Shown: positions 11,281-21,907, numbered from the stretch's first letter. The stretch: DNA of 40,454 bases from Dirinaria sp. TL-2023a (GCA_051941275.1 JAVEBF010000046.1:1-40454), one strand, 5' to 3'. Numbers and translations are program-made. Notes: generated by a model not told the origin, from the letters alone.

Positions 11281-13575
11281 ATGTTGGGCTATGATACTTA
11301 TCAGACACCACTTGCTTCACGATATGCCAGTAAGCTACCTAGCACAAGGCGGTAGCAGAGCGAGGAGATTTCTAGAATGTTAGAAATCCTGATCAAACTT
11401 TAAGTACTAATAATCCGAACGTATAGGCACGCAAATGAAAAGTATATTTTCAGCGCGGACTCGAGCGTCAACATGGAGACAGTAAGGATTCTTATCATTC
11501 GTGTCTTCCAATGCGTCTCGGTTTTTGCATTCCTACACAACATGAGGCACGGATCTGATATCTTATTCTCGTTGATTGGGGGTTCATTAAAGTGCCGCAG
11601 AAACATTCTAACTATAAGGCGATTTCCTCTTATAGATTATGGATCTGGCTCGCGGAGGCTGAGAAGGAACTAGGGCTGGACATCTCAGACGAAGCAATCT
11701 CTCAAATGAAAGCCAACGTCACCATGACTGATCAAGACTTCGAAGTTGCTGCAGCAGAGGAGAAGTAAGACGCACATATCAATTTAAGCCAGTAGAAGTG
11801 AGCTCTTACAAACTGACCTAGGAAGCGTCGACATGATGTTATGGGTTCGTATTCCAGATACAAGCAGACGAGGAATTAATTGGGAGAAGCACACGTGCAC
11901 GCTTTTGGCCAAGTCGCTCCTGCAGCGGCAGGAATCATCCACTGGGGGGCTACGTCTTGCTATTGTACCGTAAATCTCGAAGAAAATGGCATGGATGCAT
12001 GGAATAGTGAGCTAACATGGAGTAGGATAATGCAGATCTCATCTTTCTGCGTGATGGGATTGATCTCCTTCTTCCAAAACTAGCTTTTATCATACATAAA
12101 TTGGCAAACTTCGCAATGGAACATAGAGCCATGCCTACACTTGGTTTCACACATTATCAGCCAGCTCAATTAATTACTGTTGGACGGCGAGCAGCTCAAT
12201 GGATACAGGATCTGCTAATGGATCTCGAGGATATTGGCAAAGTTCGCGCCGACTTGCGTTACCGGGGTGCACAAGGTACGACTGGTACTCAAGCGTCATT
12301 GTGAGTCAGCTTCTTCTATAAATTATGCTGTGAATACTGAAATTGCGGTCCAGCATGGAGATATTTCAAGGCGATGGCGAGAAGGTCGACAAGCTCAATG
12401 AAATTCTTTGCAAGAAGGCCGGGTTTCCTTCCTGCTACTCGATATCGACTCAAAGTAAGTTTAATGTTTAGAATAAAGTAAATACCGCAATTTTACAATG
12501 TAGAGTGGTGAGAAAACAACTCGAACGATCCGAGATTAGGAAGCTTCAGAAAGTCGACGCTGAATCTGGAATTTTAGGCATGTAGGATTCTTTGGATTTG
12601 ATGTGGCTAATTCGATTTGCCGCAGCATATACACGAAAAGTTGATCTGCGCGTTGCAAACGCTCTGAGTGCTTTCGGTGCAACGGTTCAGAAAATCACTG
12701 GGGATATTAGACATCTGGCATCCCAGAAGGAGATGGAGGAGCCTTTCGAGAAGGACCAAATTGGCTCCTCTGCTATGGTAAGCTCTGTTTACCCCTGTAT
12801 CTGACTCCGGCTAGCTCTTATAATTTCGAAGGCATATAAAAGAAATCCTATGCGCTGCGAGCGAATTGCTTCACTGGGACGCCATCTCTCAAACTTGGAC
12901 AAGAACGCATCAGACACTTACGCCCAACAGTGGTTTGAGAGGACTTTGGACGACAGGTACGTGTAGCCGAGCACCTGAACGATATGGCCGATCGCTTTCA
13001 GGCTTTCGTTTATGGATCCTTCTTACAAGGCAGCCCCGCGCGTCCTATTTTACTCTGTTTCTGTCGAATAATATCCGAAATGAAGAATCCTAACTCCTTG
13101 ATCGTCTAGCGCCATTCGTAGAATCTACATCCCTGAGATGTTTTTAGGCGCCGACGCCATTTGTATGACCCTCGACAACGTCGTATCCGGTCTTGTCATT
13201 TACCCAAACACGATACATAGCCGTCTCATGGAAGAACTTCCGTTTATGGTAACAGAGAATATCATAATGAAGCTCGTGTCTCTCGGCGTATCAAGGCAGG
13301 ATGCTCATGAGGAGATCAGAGTTCTGAGTCACCAAGCAAGTAATGTCGTGAAAAAGAATGGCGGAAAGAATGACCTCGTCGAGAGAATCAAAAACTCAGA
13401 ATTCTTCCGCCCTGTCTGGGGAGAAATCGATGATCTCTTGGATCCGGTAAACTTCATTGGAAGATGTCCAGAGCAGATTCTGAAATTCTGTGGAGAGGGT
13501 GGTGAGGTACAAAAGGCGCTAGAGCCATACAAGAAGTTCTTTGAGGAGACCAAAGACGTCGAGCTTAGTGTTTGA
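11281..13575 (+). CDS. ADE13: Adenylosuccinate lyase; 10 exons: 11281-11329, 11427-11481, 11636-11764, 11822-11844, 11890-11969, 12026-12300, 12354-12454, 12626-12777, 12832-12956, 13110-13575
   Basis: [67 protein letters not shown], lyase signature [31 protein letters not shown]; all nine introns keep frame. Confidence 0.97.
11501..11608 (+). ncRNA. Candidate box H/ACA snoRNA-like RNA inside ADE13 intron 2
   Basis: Hairpin 1 (GTGT/ACAC, AATGC/GCATT), H-box ACATGA 11540-11545, hairpin 2 (GGCAC/GTGCC with GGATC/TTAAA internal loop), ACA at 11603-11605. Folded by eye; no target assigned. Confidence 0.45.
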
Positions 13576-14136
13576 GGCTCGTCTAGATACAGCCAAGGAG
13601 CGACACTATCATGCTGGATGTTGAAGCATCCGGGAGAACGAGGACATCTCAAGACTACAATTGTTGTCGACGTCCATCTCAAATCATCCTCATCCAAGGA
13701 GATAGTACACTCAGTAAAAACTACATTGAGCGGATATTGTAAGTATCTTCTGAGACTCTATGTTCGCCCCATGGCATCAGCAACAACTCCTATGGTTCAA
13801 ATTGCACCCTCCATTCCGATGCTCTCGATACCCGGTCAACACTTGCTTTCATTGAAAAACTAAGGGACAGTACTGTACGGAGTACTTCCATGTGATCCGC
13901 GCCAAGGCTAGATCGAGTATCATGATTGGCTGGCATGATGATGACTAATTGACATTGATGCCAAGGATTTTATCAGACCGCCGCGTTCAACTTCTTCGCT
14001 TCGTCAAGCAAAACATTTCAGCAAACCAACCCCCACTTCATCCTCCACATCCTCTATCACCACGACAAGTACTCTTACGCCAAGTATTGTTTCCAAAGTC
14101 TACCCTCTCTACCGATATTTGTGATTTGGTTAAGCC

Positions 14137-15117
14137 ATGGCTGAAGCCGCTGGCGGGCAATCTACCCCAAGCTTCAAGCTTGTGCTTGTAGGTGATGGTG
14201 GGACAGGCAAAGTGAGTACTGGTTTCCAATTTACTCCTTCTTAGCAGCGACGAATCGTCGCCTGCAGAACCCGTCTATTAATCTAGTATCTGCCATTACC
14301 CTTCCGAAATACGGACCGGCCAAACACCCGCCAAATCGCTTGAAAACAAGACTAATACTCTCTATCTTAGACTACCTTCGTCAAGCGCCACTTGACTGGG
14401 GAGTTTGAGAAGAAATACATTGCGACCTTGGGAGTCGAGGTCCACCCTCTGGCCTTCACTACAGTACGTTGTCCAGACGTCAAACTTTTTGCAAGTCTCA
14501 CACTCACCCGCCTCCAGAACTATGGACAAATCCAATTCGATGTTTGGGACACCGCTGGTCAAGAAAAGTTTGGAGGCTTAAGAGACGGTTATTACATCAA
14601 CGGCCAATGTGGTATCATCATGTTCGATGTCACATCACGTATCACCTACAAGAACGTCCCCAACTGGCACCGTACGTATGTGCCCGTCCACAAAGATTTT
14701 AGTGAGCTAAGAATAGTGCAGGCGACCTCGTCCGTGTTTGCGAACAGGTCCCCATCGTGCTGTGCGGTAACAAGGTTGATGTGAAAGAACGTAAGGTCAA
14801 AGCGAAGACCATTACCTTCCATCGAAAGAAGAACCTCCAATACTACGATATTTCCGCCAAGTCAAACTATAACTTCGAGAAGCCATTCCTGTGGCTAGCT
14901 AGGAAACTTGTTGGCAACCCGAACCTGGTAAGTCGAGTTCAGTGTTACTTCAAACAAAGCCGTGCTTATCAATAACGCTTTGCAGGAATTTGTGGCCGGT
15001 GTGGCTTTGGAACCGCCTAGCGTCCAAGTTGACGAAGCGCTTCTAGCACAATACAACAAGGAAATGGAGGATGCAGCGAATGCCCCTCTGCCGGATGAGG
15101 ATGACCCAGATCTGTAA
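14137..15117 (+). CDS. GSP1: Ran GTPase; exons 14137-14211, 14371-14463, 14518-14671, 14722-14927, 14986-15117
   Basis: [79 protein letters not shown], acidic tail [10 protein letters not shown]. Confidence 0.98.
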
Positions 15118-15633
15118 AGCTTTCATGAAGCACGTCATTAGCTTGTAGAAGCGAGCTGGGTGGCGGTCAAGGACGGGAAGGATGCCTGGAGACGGATGTG
15201 AGGGCTCAGCATGTCTACTTGAAACCTTCTTACTTTAGACGAGTGCGTAGATCACTAGTGTAGCATAGTCATACTTACGCTGCCTGCTAAACCATCGAGG
15301 TAGCACGGTTACCAAGGCATCCAAAAAGCCCAGTCAAGTTCATGAAAACTTCAATGTGATCATATAGCTGTCTCACACAGAGGTTTTCCAAAACCACGCA
15401 ACCTCAATGGCAGCATTTGGCTCATTCCTTTCCATAATCTGAGCACCTGAGTATAATTGACTGTAGTAGCTTCCATTGTTCATAAGGTAAAGGTAAAGAT
15501 TTCTCGTCCTAAGGCAGGGCTTTTCTAGGGTTCGAAGTTGTACGCACCGGTCCCTCGAGGATACTTTTACCTCCTTACCTGAAGAAGCCAGATGTGAAAG
15601 CCTTTGCACATTGGACCATCACCACTATTGAAA

Positions 15634-17477
15634 ATGGCACGGGGTCAAGAGCCTCTCATATCCCACGACCGTGCCTCATCAGATAACTCAGATGAGCGCA
15701 ACGTCGAAGAGGAAGACGCGCTTCTAACTGGCCAGCAAAAGCCTCAATCCCGTAAGTATGGCTGGAGTTTCTGGCGAGAAGTTGGGCTCTTCGCATGGGC
15801 GACTCTGGCCACAGCCGTTGTTATCGTTCTTGCAGTCATGTATCAGCATCAGCAAACCTCACATCCGAAGAGCTCCGGCGGCGACTGGAAGAATGGCAAG
15901 CCCAGCGGGAAGAGAAATCTGATATTCATGGTATCAGATGGCATGGGCCCAACGAGTCTATCATTGACGAGGAGCTTCAGACAAGTGGAGATTGGGTTGC
16001 CGATTGACGACGTGCTTGTGCTGGATCAACATCTTATTGGATCTTCCCGCACGCGGAGCACTTCAAGCTTGATCACCGACTCCGCGGCTGGTGCTACCGC
16101 GTTCTCCTGTGGTGCGAAAAGCTATAATGGTGCTATATCTGTACTGCCAGACCATTCGCCTTGTGGGACAGTGTTGGAAGCAGCGAAGAAGGCCGGGTAT
16201 ATGACTGGTTTGGTGGTTACGACCCGGATTACGGATGCTACGCCCGCGTGCTTTGCGGCCCATGTCAACAAGAGAGAAGAGGAGGATCGGATTGCGGAGC
16301 AAGAAGTTGGAGACTACCCCTTAGGACGTATGGTGGATTTGATGTTGGGAGGTGGCCGATGCCATTTTTTGCCGAACACCACAGATGGCTCATGTCGCGG
16401 GGATGATCGCGATGTCGTTGAACTGGCAAAGAGCAAAGGCTTCAGCTACATCGATGACCGCCAAGGCTTCGACGGACTCAACTTCGGTACTTCTGTCAAA
16501 CTCCCCTTGTTAGGTCTCTTCGCCTCGACGGATATCCCCTATGAAATTGATCGCAGACAACAAAGCGACGTATATCCATCTCTCGATGAGATGGCTCGAA
16601 CAGCGCTTAAAGCACTCAGCGCAGCCACACAAGACAGCGATAAAGGCTTCTTCCTCATGATCGAAGGCAGCAGAATAGACCATGCCGGCCATGGCAATGA
16701 CCCTGTCGCTCAGGTTCATGAGGTCCTGGCGTACGACAAGGCTTTTGCAAGTGTTTTGGACTTCCTTAAGAATGACGGAACCCAAGGCGTGGTTGTCAGT
16801 ACGAGTGATCACGAGACTGGTGGTCTTGCCACTGCTCGCCGTAAATAAGCTGCACTACTAAAGCGATTAATACTCTGCTAATCATCTTTTTAGAACTGCA
16901 CAAATCGTACCCTGAGTATCACTGGTTCCCTGCCCAACTTGCCAACGCAACCCACTCCGCGGAAAACCTCGCCCACCAGCTCCACTCTTATCTATCTCAT
17001 GACAAGAACCCAGTTAAAGCCACTCCTCCTCGCTCCTCGTCCGACCTTCGAACCTACATCCGAAAGGAGCTTCTCGAGAAAGGACTCGGCGTCCATGACT
17101 GTACGAAGGAAGAAGTGAACGAGCTAGCCGATAGTTCCGACGCTTGGCCTGCATCTTACACTTTCGCCGATATCATCAGCCGACGTGCCCAAGTAGGGTG
17201 GACCACACATGGGCACTCGGCTGTAGATGTTCCCATATTTGCCAGCAGTGCAGACGGCGCCCACCCGTTGGTGGGAAACCATGAAAACATCGAAGTAGGG
17301 AAGTTCTTGAGCGAGTACTTGGATGTCGATACCGACTCTGTGAGCAAAGAACTGAAAAATAATCCTTTCGTGATGGGCGAGCCGATTGATGATGCGAGGA
17401 CCCAGAATACAGGAGACCACTATGAAGGCGATTTCAAGTTGAGGAAGAGGGATGGCTGCGGTTGTGGTTTGCATTAG
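15634..17477 (+). CDS. PHO8: Vacuolar repressible alkaline phosphatase; exons 15634-16840, 16894-17477
   Basis: N-terminal TM anchor, NLIFMVSDGMG, active site ITDSAAGATAF, TDATPA, FFLMIEGSRIDHAGHGND, STSDHETGG, WTTHGHSAVDV. Confidence 0.95.
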
Positions 17478-18231
17478 AGGCTTCACTGTTGAAAGGCATT
17501 AGCGGTTCACAATCTCAGGCATTTGTGGCGTTAGGCTAATGGAAGCTTTCTCAGATCGTGTTGCTTTTTTTTTCTAGTCGTACTTCTATATACCCCTGTG
17601 TAACCGTTTTTTCGTTGCTTTATGCAATCTAGAACGTTTTCATATGTTCTGGTCTTATGAGAATGCAACGTTGTATCATCACTTCTTCGAAACTTGGAAT
17701 GTTTTGATGTTACTTTATAGTTTTCTCATCCTATTCTCTAGAATAGAAGAGGAAAAGAGGGAGCATGAACAGAGGGGACAAAAGCCGGTTCCACTGCCCA
17801 CCACACCGCCCTACTCTACTGCTACACCACCCTCGCTCAGTCTCCACAACTCACTTTCAGCAATGAATGCCCTGCGGCCTCTTGCTGCCTCAGGTTTAAA
17901 TGTATCCGCTCCTCGACTCTAACAGAATGACGAATTCTATGCAAATTACGTTTTCACGCAGTGACGATGGACTGATTCACCATCAAAGTGCCAGTGTCAA
18001 ACCGGCAAACCGTTAAATGTTCAAAAGACGCTTGAAAAAAAGATGTGGAGGGTGGTGTGGCGACAGTGGGATTAAAAAAACTATGGCGAAGTACAACAAC
18101 CTCAAACCTACTTCCAAACGCCCGCCCGCTACCAAAGACAAAGTCAAATCCACACGGCTCAAAAACTCCGTCTCCGCGTAAGCCTTGGCTTGAAGAAGAT
18201 ATCTCAATACTCGAGCGATTTACGAATCACA

Positions 18232-18856
18232 ATGATCCCGTCACCACTACTCATTCTCGCGTTCTTCGTCTTTCTTTTCTCATCACGAAGTTCTCTGATC
18301 GTTGCATGTCTGACGACGACTTCAGCAAGCGACGAGAAGCGTCTGAAGACCGTCAAAGCAAGAGGAGCAGATATGCAAAGTCACGATATCAAGGAACGGA
18401 TCCATAACAAGATTGTATGAACTTGCTGTCGATTTACTACCCGTCGAAAACCTAACGCTGTTTGAACTGCAAAAGTTTCAAAGATGGTTAATATTGATTC
18501 TCGTCAGAGTCATGCGTTTCGATATGAGGGTAATCTTGGCATCAAAATTCCTCGTGGCATTTCAGAATCTGCACTGATCGGACCGGATTTTTGGCCAGAG
18601 GACAACGACAAATTCAGTACATTGATTATTGGCCAGTCTCAAGAATTATTCCAGAAAACGGCAGCACCAAGTGTTGGTAATTTGTAAAGAAAAGGTCTAT
18701 GTATCAACGCCACTACAAGCTGTTGAGATTTTGATGACTCAGCAGCGAGGGCAATACCAGGAACTTGTAGTGCGACTGCCCAAGAAAGCAACTTCCGTGG
18801 AATTTTTCTTACCTCTGATTCATTCTAGGACGCTAGTCGCCTTTCCTTTCTGGTAG
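18232..18856 (+). other. Possible small secreted-protein gene or relic (exon structure unresolved)
   Basis: MIPSPLLILAFFVFLFSSRSSLIVACL hydrophobic N-terminus, then DEKR; donor GTATGA at 18415 and branch CTAAC near 18452; protein-like downstream ORF pieces 18484-18687 and 18629-18856. Confidence 0.25.
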
Positions 18857-19080
18857 CTTGCGAGAGTTTTGCTTCTTTCTGCGTTCTTTGATCACCAGTG
18901 AGAGAGCGCAACGTCTAGAAAAAGGAAACGTATCTTGCACAAGCAAGGCGGTCATTTTTCGAAACATTAAATTCTCCTTTTTCGCTCTGGATAGGTAGCC
19001 TGCACAAGCAGGTCCGTTCATCGAATAGATCACATTGTTTCTTCGTTCTCCACCCACTTTCTTCGCCATCACGACTCAAT

Positions 19081-20568
19081 ATGGCTTCCGGCGCATTTCA
19101 GAAGCCAGAAATTCCAATCCGCACTTCGAGCAGAGCAAATTCTCTCGCTCGACTTCGTGCTCAAAAGCGTCACATCGATGAAGAGGCTGATGCCATGACC
19201 AAAAAGATCAAACTACAGTCGAGTTTTGATAGCCAATGCTGGTTGAAGATTCGTGACGTGGAGGAGATGAAACTAGAAGCCAGTCGACTGAATCACAAGA
19301 TCTCCATGCAGTCAATGGACATTGACTATGAGGATACCGCAGCTGTAAGACGATGGCAAGCTACTGACGAAGGTACTAGATCTCTGAGGCGCGAAGCAGC
19401 GCTGTTGAGTCAAGTCGGGCTATTGAGCAAGCAAGCCGAAAAGGCTGCTAATTCGACGAGTAGTAAAGATTTCGACTTGCGAAAAGTCTTCACCCAACTG
19501 TATATTGGAGCCAAATCAGGGATGAATCTGAACAATCCCTTGGGTGCTCGGCCGAATCGACTGCAAACGCAGTTCAGAAAGGAACTGGAAGCGGAGATGG
19601 GCACACAGAGTACGGAGTCAACCAACTTCTGGTGGTGCCCAGTGACACATCAGTACCGATCGGATATAATGGCCGCACACCTTTTTCCTTGGAAATCTGG
19701 TGAATCAAATATGAGAGCCATCTTCGGACCGACGGAGATGCTGAAAGTCATTGATAATCCAGCGAAAGGCACCAGTGAGCTGTTCCGAGCCGTCAATGGG
19801 CTGCTCTGGTCCGCAGCAGCCGAGCAGATGTTTGAGAGTGGCTGCTTCGTCATAGTGCCCGACCTGGATGACGATGCCACCAAGAACGAGATCCTGGCTT
19901 GGCAAAATTCGGAAGTTAAAGAATACCGGATTCGAGTCTTGAAGCCTGAAGACAAGCTGATGAAAGAGAAAATCACTCCCGGACAGGATCCGCTTTGGAA
20001 AGATATTGACGGCAGGCGTCTGGACTTCAAAGGGAGAACCTTCCGGCCACGTGCTCGGTACCTTTATTGGGCCTACATAACGACAATGCTTGCCGAGGCT
20101 TATTCTGGCAAGACGAAGGGAGACTCTAGCTTGTTTGTGGAAGTCGGGCGCAGAGAAGTTGGGAAGCATTATTGGGGAGGCGTCGGTTCGTATCTGAGGA
20201 GAAGGCAACTGCTTGGATTCGTTGAGGAGATGGGGCATGAATATGAGCATCTGCTGGAGGGAACGATGAATGAGGAAGCGGGGGTTGAGAGCGATATACC
20301 GGACGAAATGGCATTACTAGTAGCCAATGAGGCTATCATTGATCAGAATAAGTCTACAGAGGAGAAGGACGATGAGGACGATGAGGACGATGAAGACGAT
20401 GAGGACGATGAGGAGGAAGAGGAGGAGGAGGATGAGGACGATGAGGAGGACGAGGAGGAGGAAGAGAAGGACGATGAGGAGGAAGAGGAGGACGATGAAG
20501 ACGATGAAGAGGAAGAGGAGGACGAAGAGGATGAGCAGGCAGAGGAGGAGAATGACGACAATGAATGA
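19081..20568 (+). CDS. Fungal HNH endonuclease-domain protein (HNH_2-like) with N-terminal coiled coil and long D/E tail; intronless, 495 aa
   Basis: WWCPVT...AAHLFPW...NGLL...EQMFESGCFVIVPD...YRIRVL...IDGRRLDF...RPRARYLYWAY is the motif order I recall for fungal HNH_2 proteins. Confidence 0.8.
   Translation: MASGAFQKPEIPIRTSSRANSLARLRAQKRHIDEEADAMTKKIKLQSSFDSQCWLKIRDVEEMKLEASRLNHKISMQSMDIDYEDTAAVRRWQATDEGTRSLRREAALLSQVGLLSKQAEKAANSTSSKDFDLRKVFTQLYIGAKSGMNLNNPLGARPNRLQTQFRKELEAEMGTQSTESTNFWWCPVTHQYRSDIMAAHLFPWKSGESNMRAIFGPTEMLKVIDNPAKGTSELFRAVNGLLWSAAAEQMFESGCFVIVPDLDDDATKNEILAWQNSEVKEYRIRVLKPEDKLMKEKITPGQDPLWKDIDGRRLDFKGRTFRPRARYLYWAYITTMLAEAYSGKTKGDSSLFVEVGRREVGKHYWGGVGSYLRRRQLLGFVEEMGHEYEHLLEGTMNEEAGVESDIPDEMALLVANEAIIDQNKSTEEKDDEDDEDDEDDEDDEEEEEEEDEDDEEDEEEEEKDDEEEEEDDEDDEEEEEDEEDEQAEEENDDNE
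20359..20565 (+). repeat. Low-complexity (GAN)n repeat encoding a poly-Asp/Glu tract
   Basis: GAG/GAC/GAT/GAA codon runs, including a GAGGACGAT 9-mer repeat. Confidence 0.95.
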
Positions 20569-20633
20569 TCGCTGGAGTCAGACAGGCGTTTAGGGTCAAG
20601 AGCACATCCATGAAACGTAAGTAAATTACAGTA

Positions 20634-21581
20634 CTAGATCATGTTAAGCTCACGAGATTCCATGAGCTGGGCTGCTTTCACCGCGACATCCTTGCACTCT
20701 GGACCGAAACCCAGCGCCTTCTCACTTCCAGCAAAGTCGATGTTGTTGAAGCTGTCCTTCCAAAAATGCCACCTTCGAAGGGAAAGCTCTGCCTTACCGT
20801 CATAAAGTGGGCCTGGCCTCCATTGGCGCAAATCTATCTCCGATACATCGCCGGGGCATATCACCTGCTTGAACAAGCTTTGCCCATACCAAAAGATCCA
20901 CTGCGCTGCTGCCATCACGAGGGCATCTCGCACATCGGCCTTTGCTTCGAGACTTTCCTCGTGTGCTTCACGCATTGCGGCTATCGCCCAATTGGGGTTG
21001 GTCCTGATTATCCTCCGCTCAAAAAGATTGGCTGCAAAAGCATGGAAATTCACGTAGGCGCCTGGGTCCTCGGGGTCCGGTTCTATCCATAAAATGTGGA
21101 TTAGCGCACTGCATACACCTCTTGATGGGTTAATCACGCTGTCGCGGCGACTTTCACAGAACGTACCGTTCAGGTTGTCTCTAAGCGATCCGCCTAGACG
21201 CTGGGATCGATGGTATATACCCTAGGCACGTGAGCAGCGTTAATAAAAAAGGCACTTGAGCGGGCTTTTGCAAGTACATACTTCGGCTTGGTACAGATGG
21301 CCTAATTTCGAGAATCTCCCGATTTCTTCGAAGAATGCAGCTGGCTTGAACTGTGATGGATGGTGCCAGGGAATCTGCTCAGCGACTTCTATGCATGTTT
21401 CGCCGAACGACCACACGATGTCGGACTCAGCACCTTCTTCTGGTAGGAGATCCAGGACCAGCTTCGCAGCGTTCACGACTGTCATGCGACTGCTTGGCTG
21501 CAGGAAGTCTCGCAAGATATGGTAAGTCTCGACGGTGATTTTGGGGGCTGGTTCTTCAATTTTCAATTTTAAAGATGACAT
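20634..21581 (-). CDS. DUF3632-like fungal protein; exons 21581-21282, 21221-21167, 21082-20634
   Basis: In-frame spliced ORF with AEQIPWHHPSQ, YVNFHAFAANL, WAIAAMREAHE, AAAQWIFWYG, GPLYDG, RRWHFWKD motifs, which I recall as typical of DUF3632. Confidence 0.75.
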
Positions 21582-21892
21582 GATGGCCGAGATACTGCGT
21601 ACAACTCAGCGGAAGATCTTCGATGACAGGGGAGTCTATGGGAGATAGAAGCGCTCATATTATAGTACACAGAAACCACCGTAATCGTCCGAATCACTGT
21701 CTGTTCCGAATTTGGAGACCTAGACCCTTATACTCCATCCGATTGAAAGATGACTTTTAGGAATCAAAGCTACTCATCCCAAATTCCAGATATCGACACG
21801 GTTGTCATTTAAAAACTGGGTGGCTAGCGTTTTGAATGATTACTCACTCGTATTCAACCCCCCTTTCTTCCATTGTTTTACCCCTTTTCTTT

Positions 21893-21907
21893 TTAGGGTT
21901 AGGGTTA
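21893..21907 (+). repeat. Interstitial telomere-type repeat (TTAGGG)2.5
   Basis: TTAGGGTTAGGGTTA read directly. Confidence 0.7.

Noticed and set aside
20327..20611. Poly-Ser, Arg/Met/Thr-rich and Pro/His-rich ORFs
   Set aside because: Alternate-frame and antisense shadows of the (GAN)n acidic tail.
21083..21166. Possible stwintron or micro-exon in DUF3632 intron 2 (internal TTAAC..AAG and GTATGC)
   Set aside because: The second unit would be only 34 nt and would shift the frame; a single 84-nt intron explains the gene.
17950..21810. Terminal inverted repeats bounding the HNH/DUF3632 module
   Set aside because: Only a ~5-bp GTGTC/GACAC match was found, which is not significant; no transposase is present.
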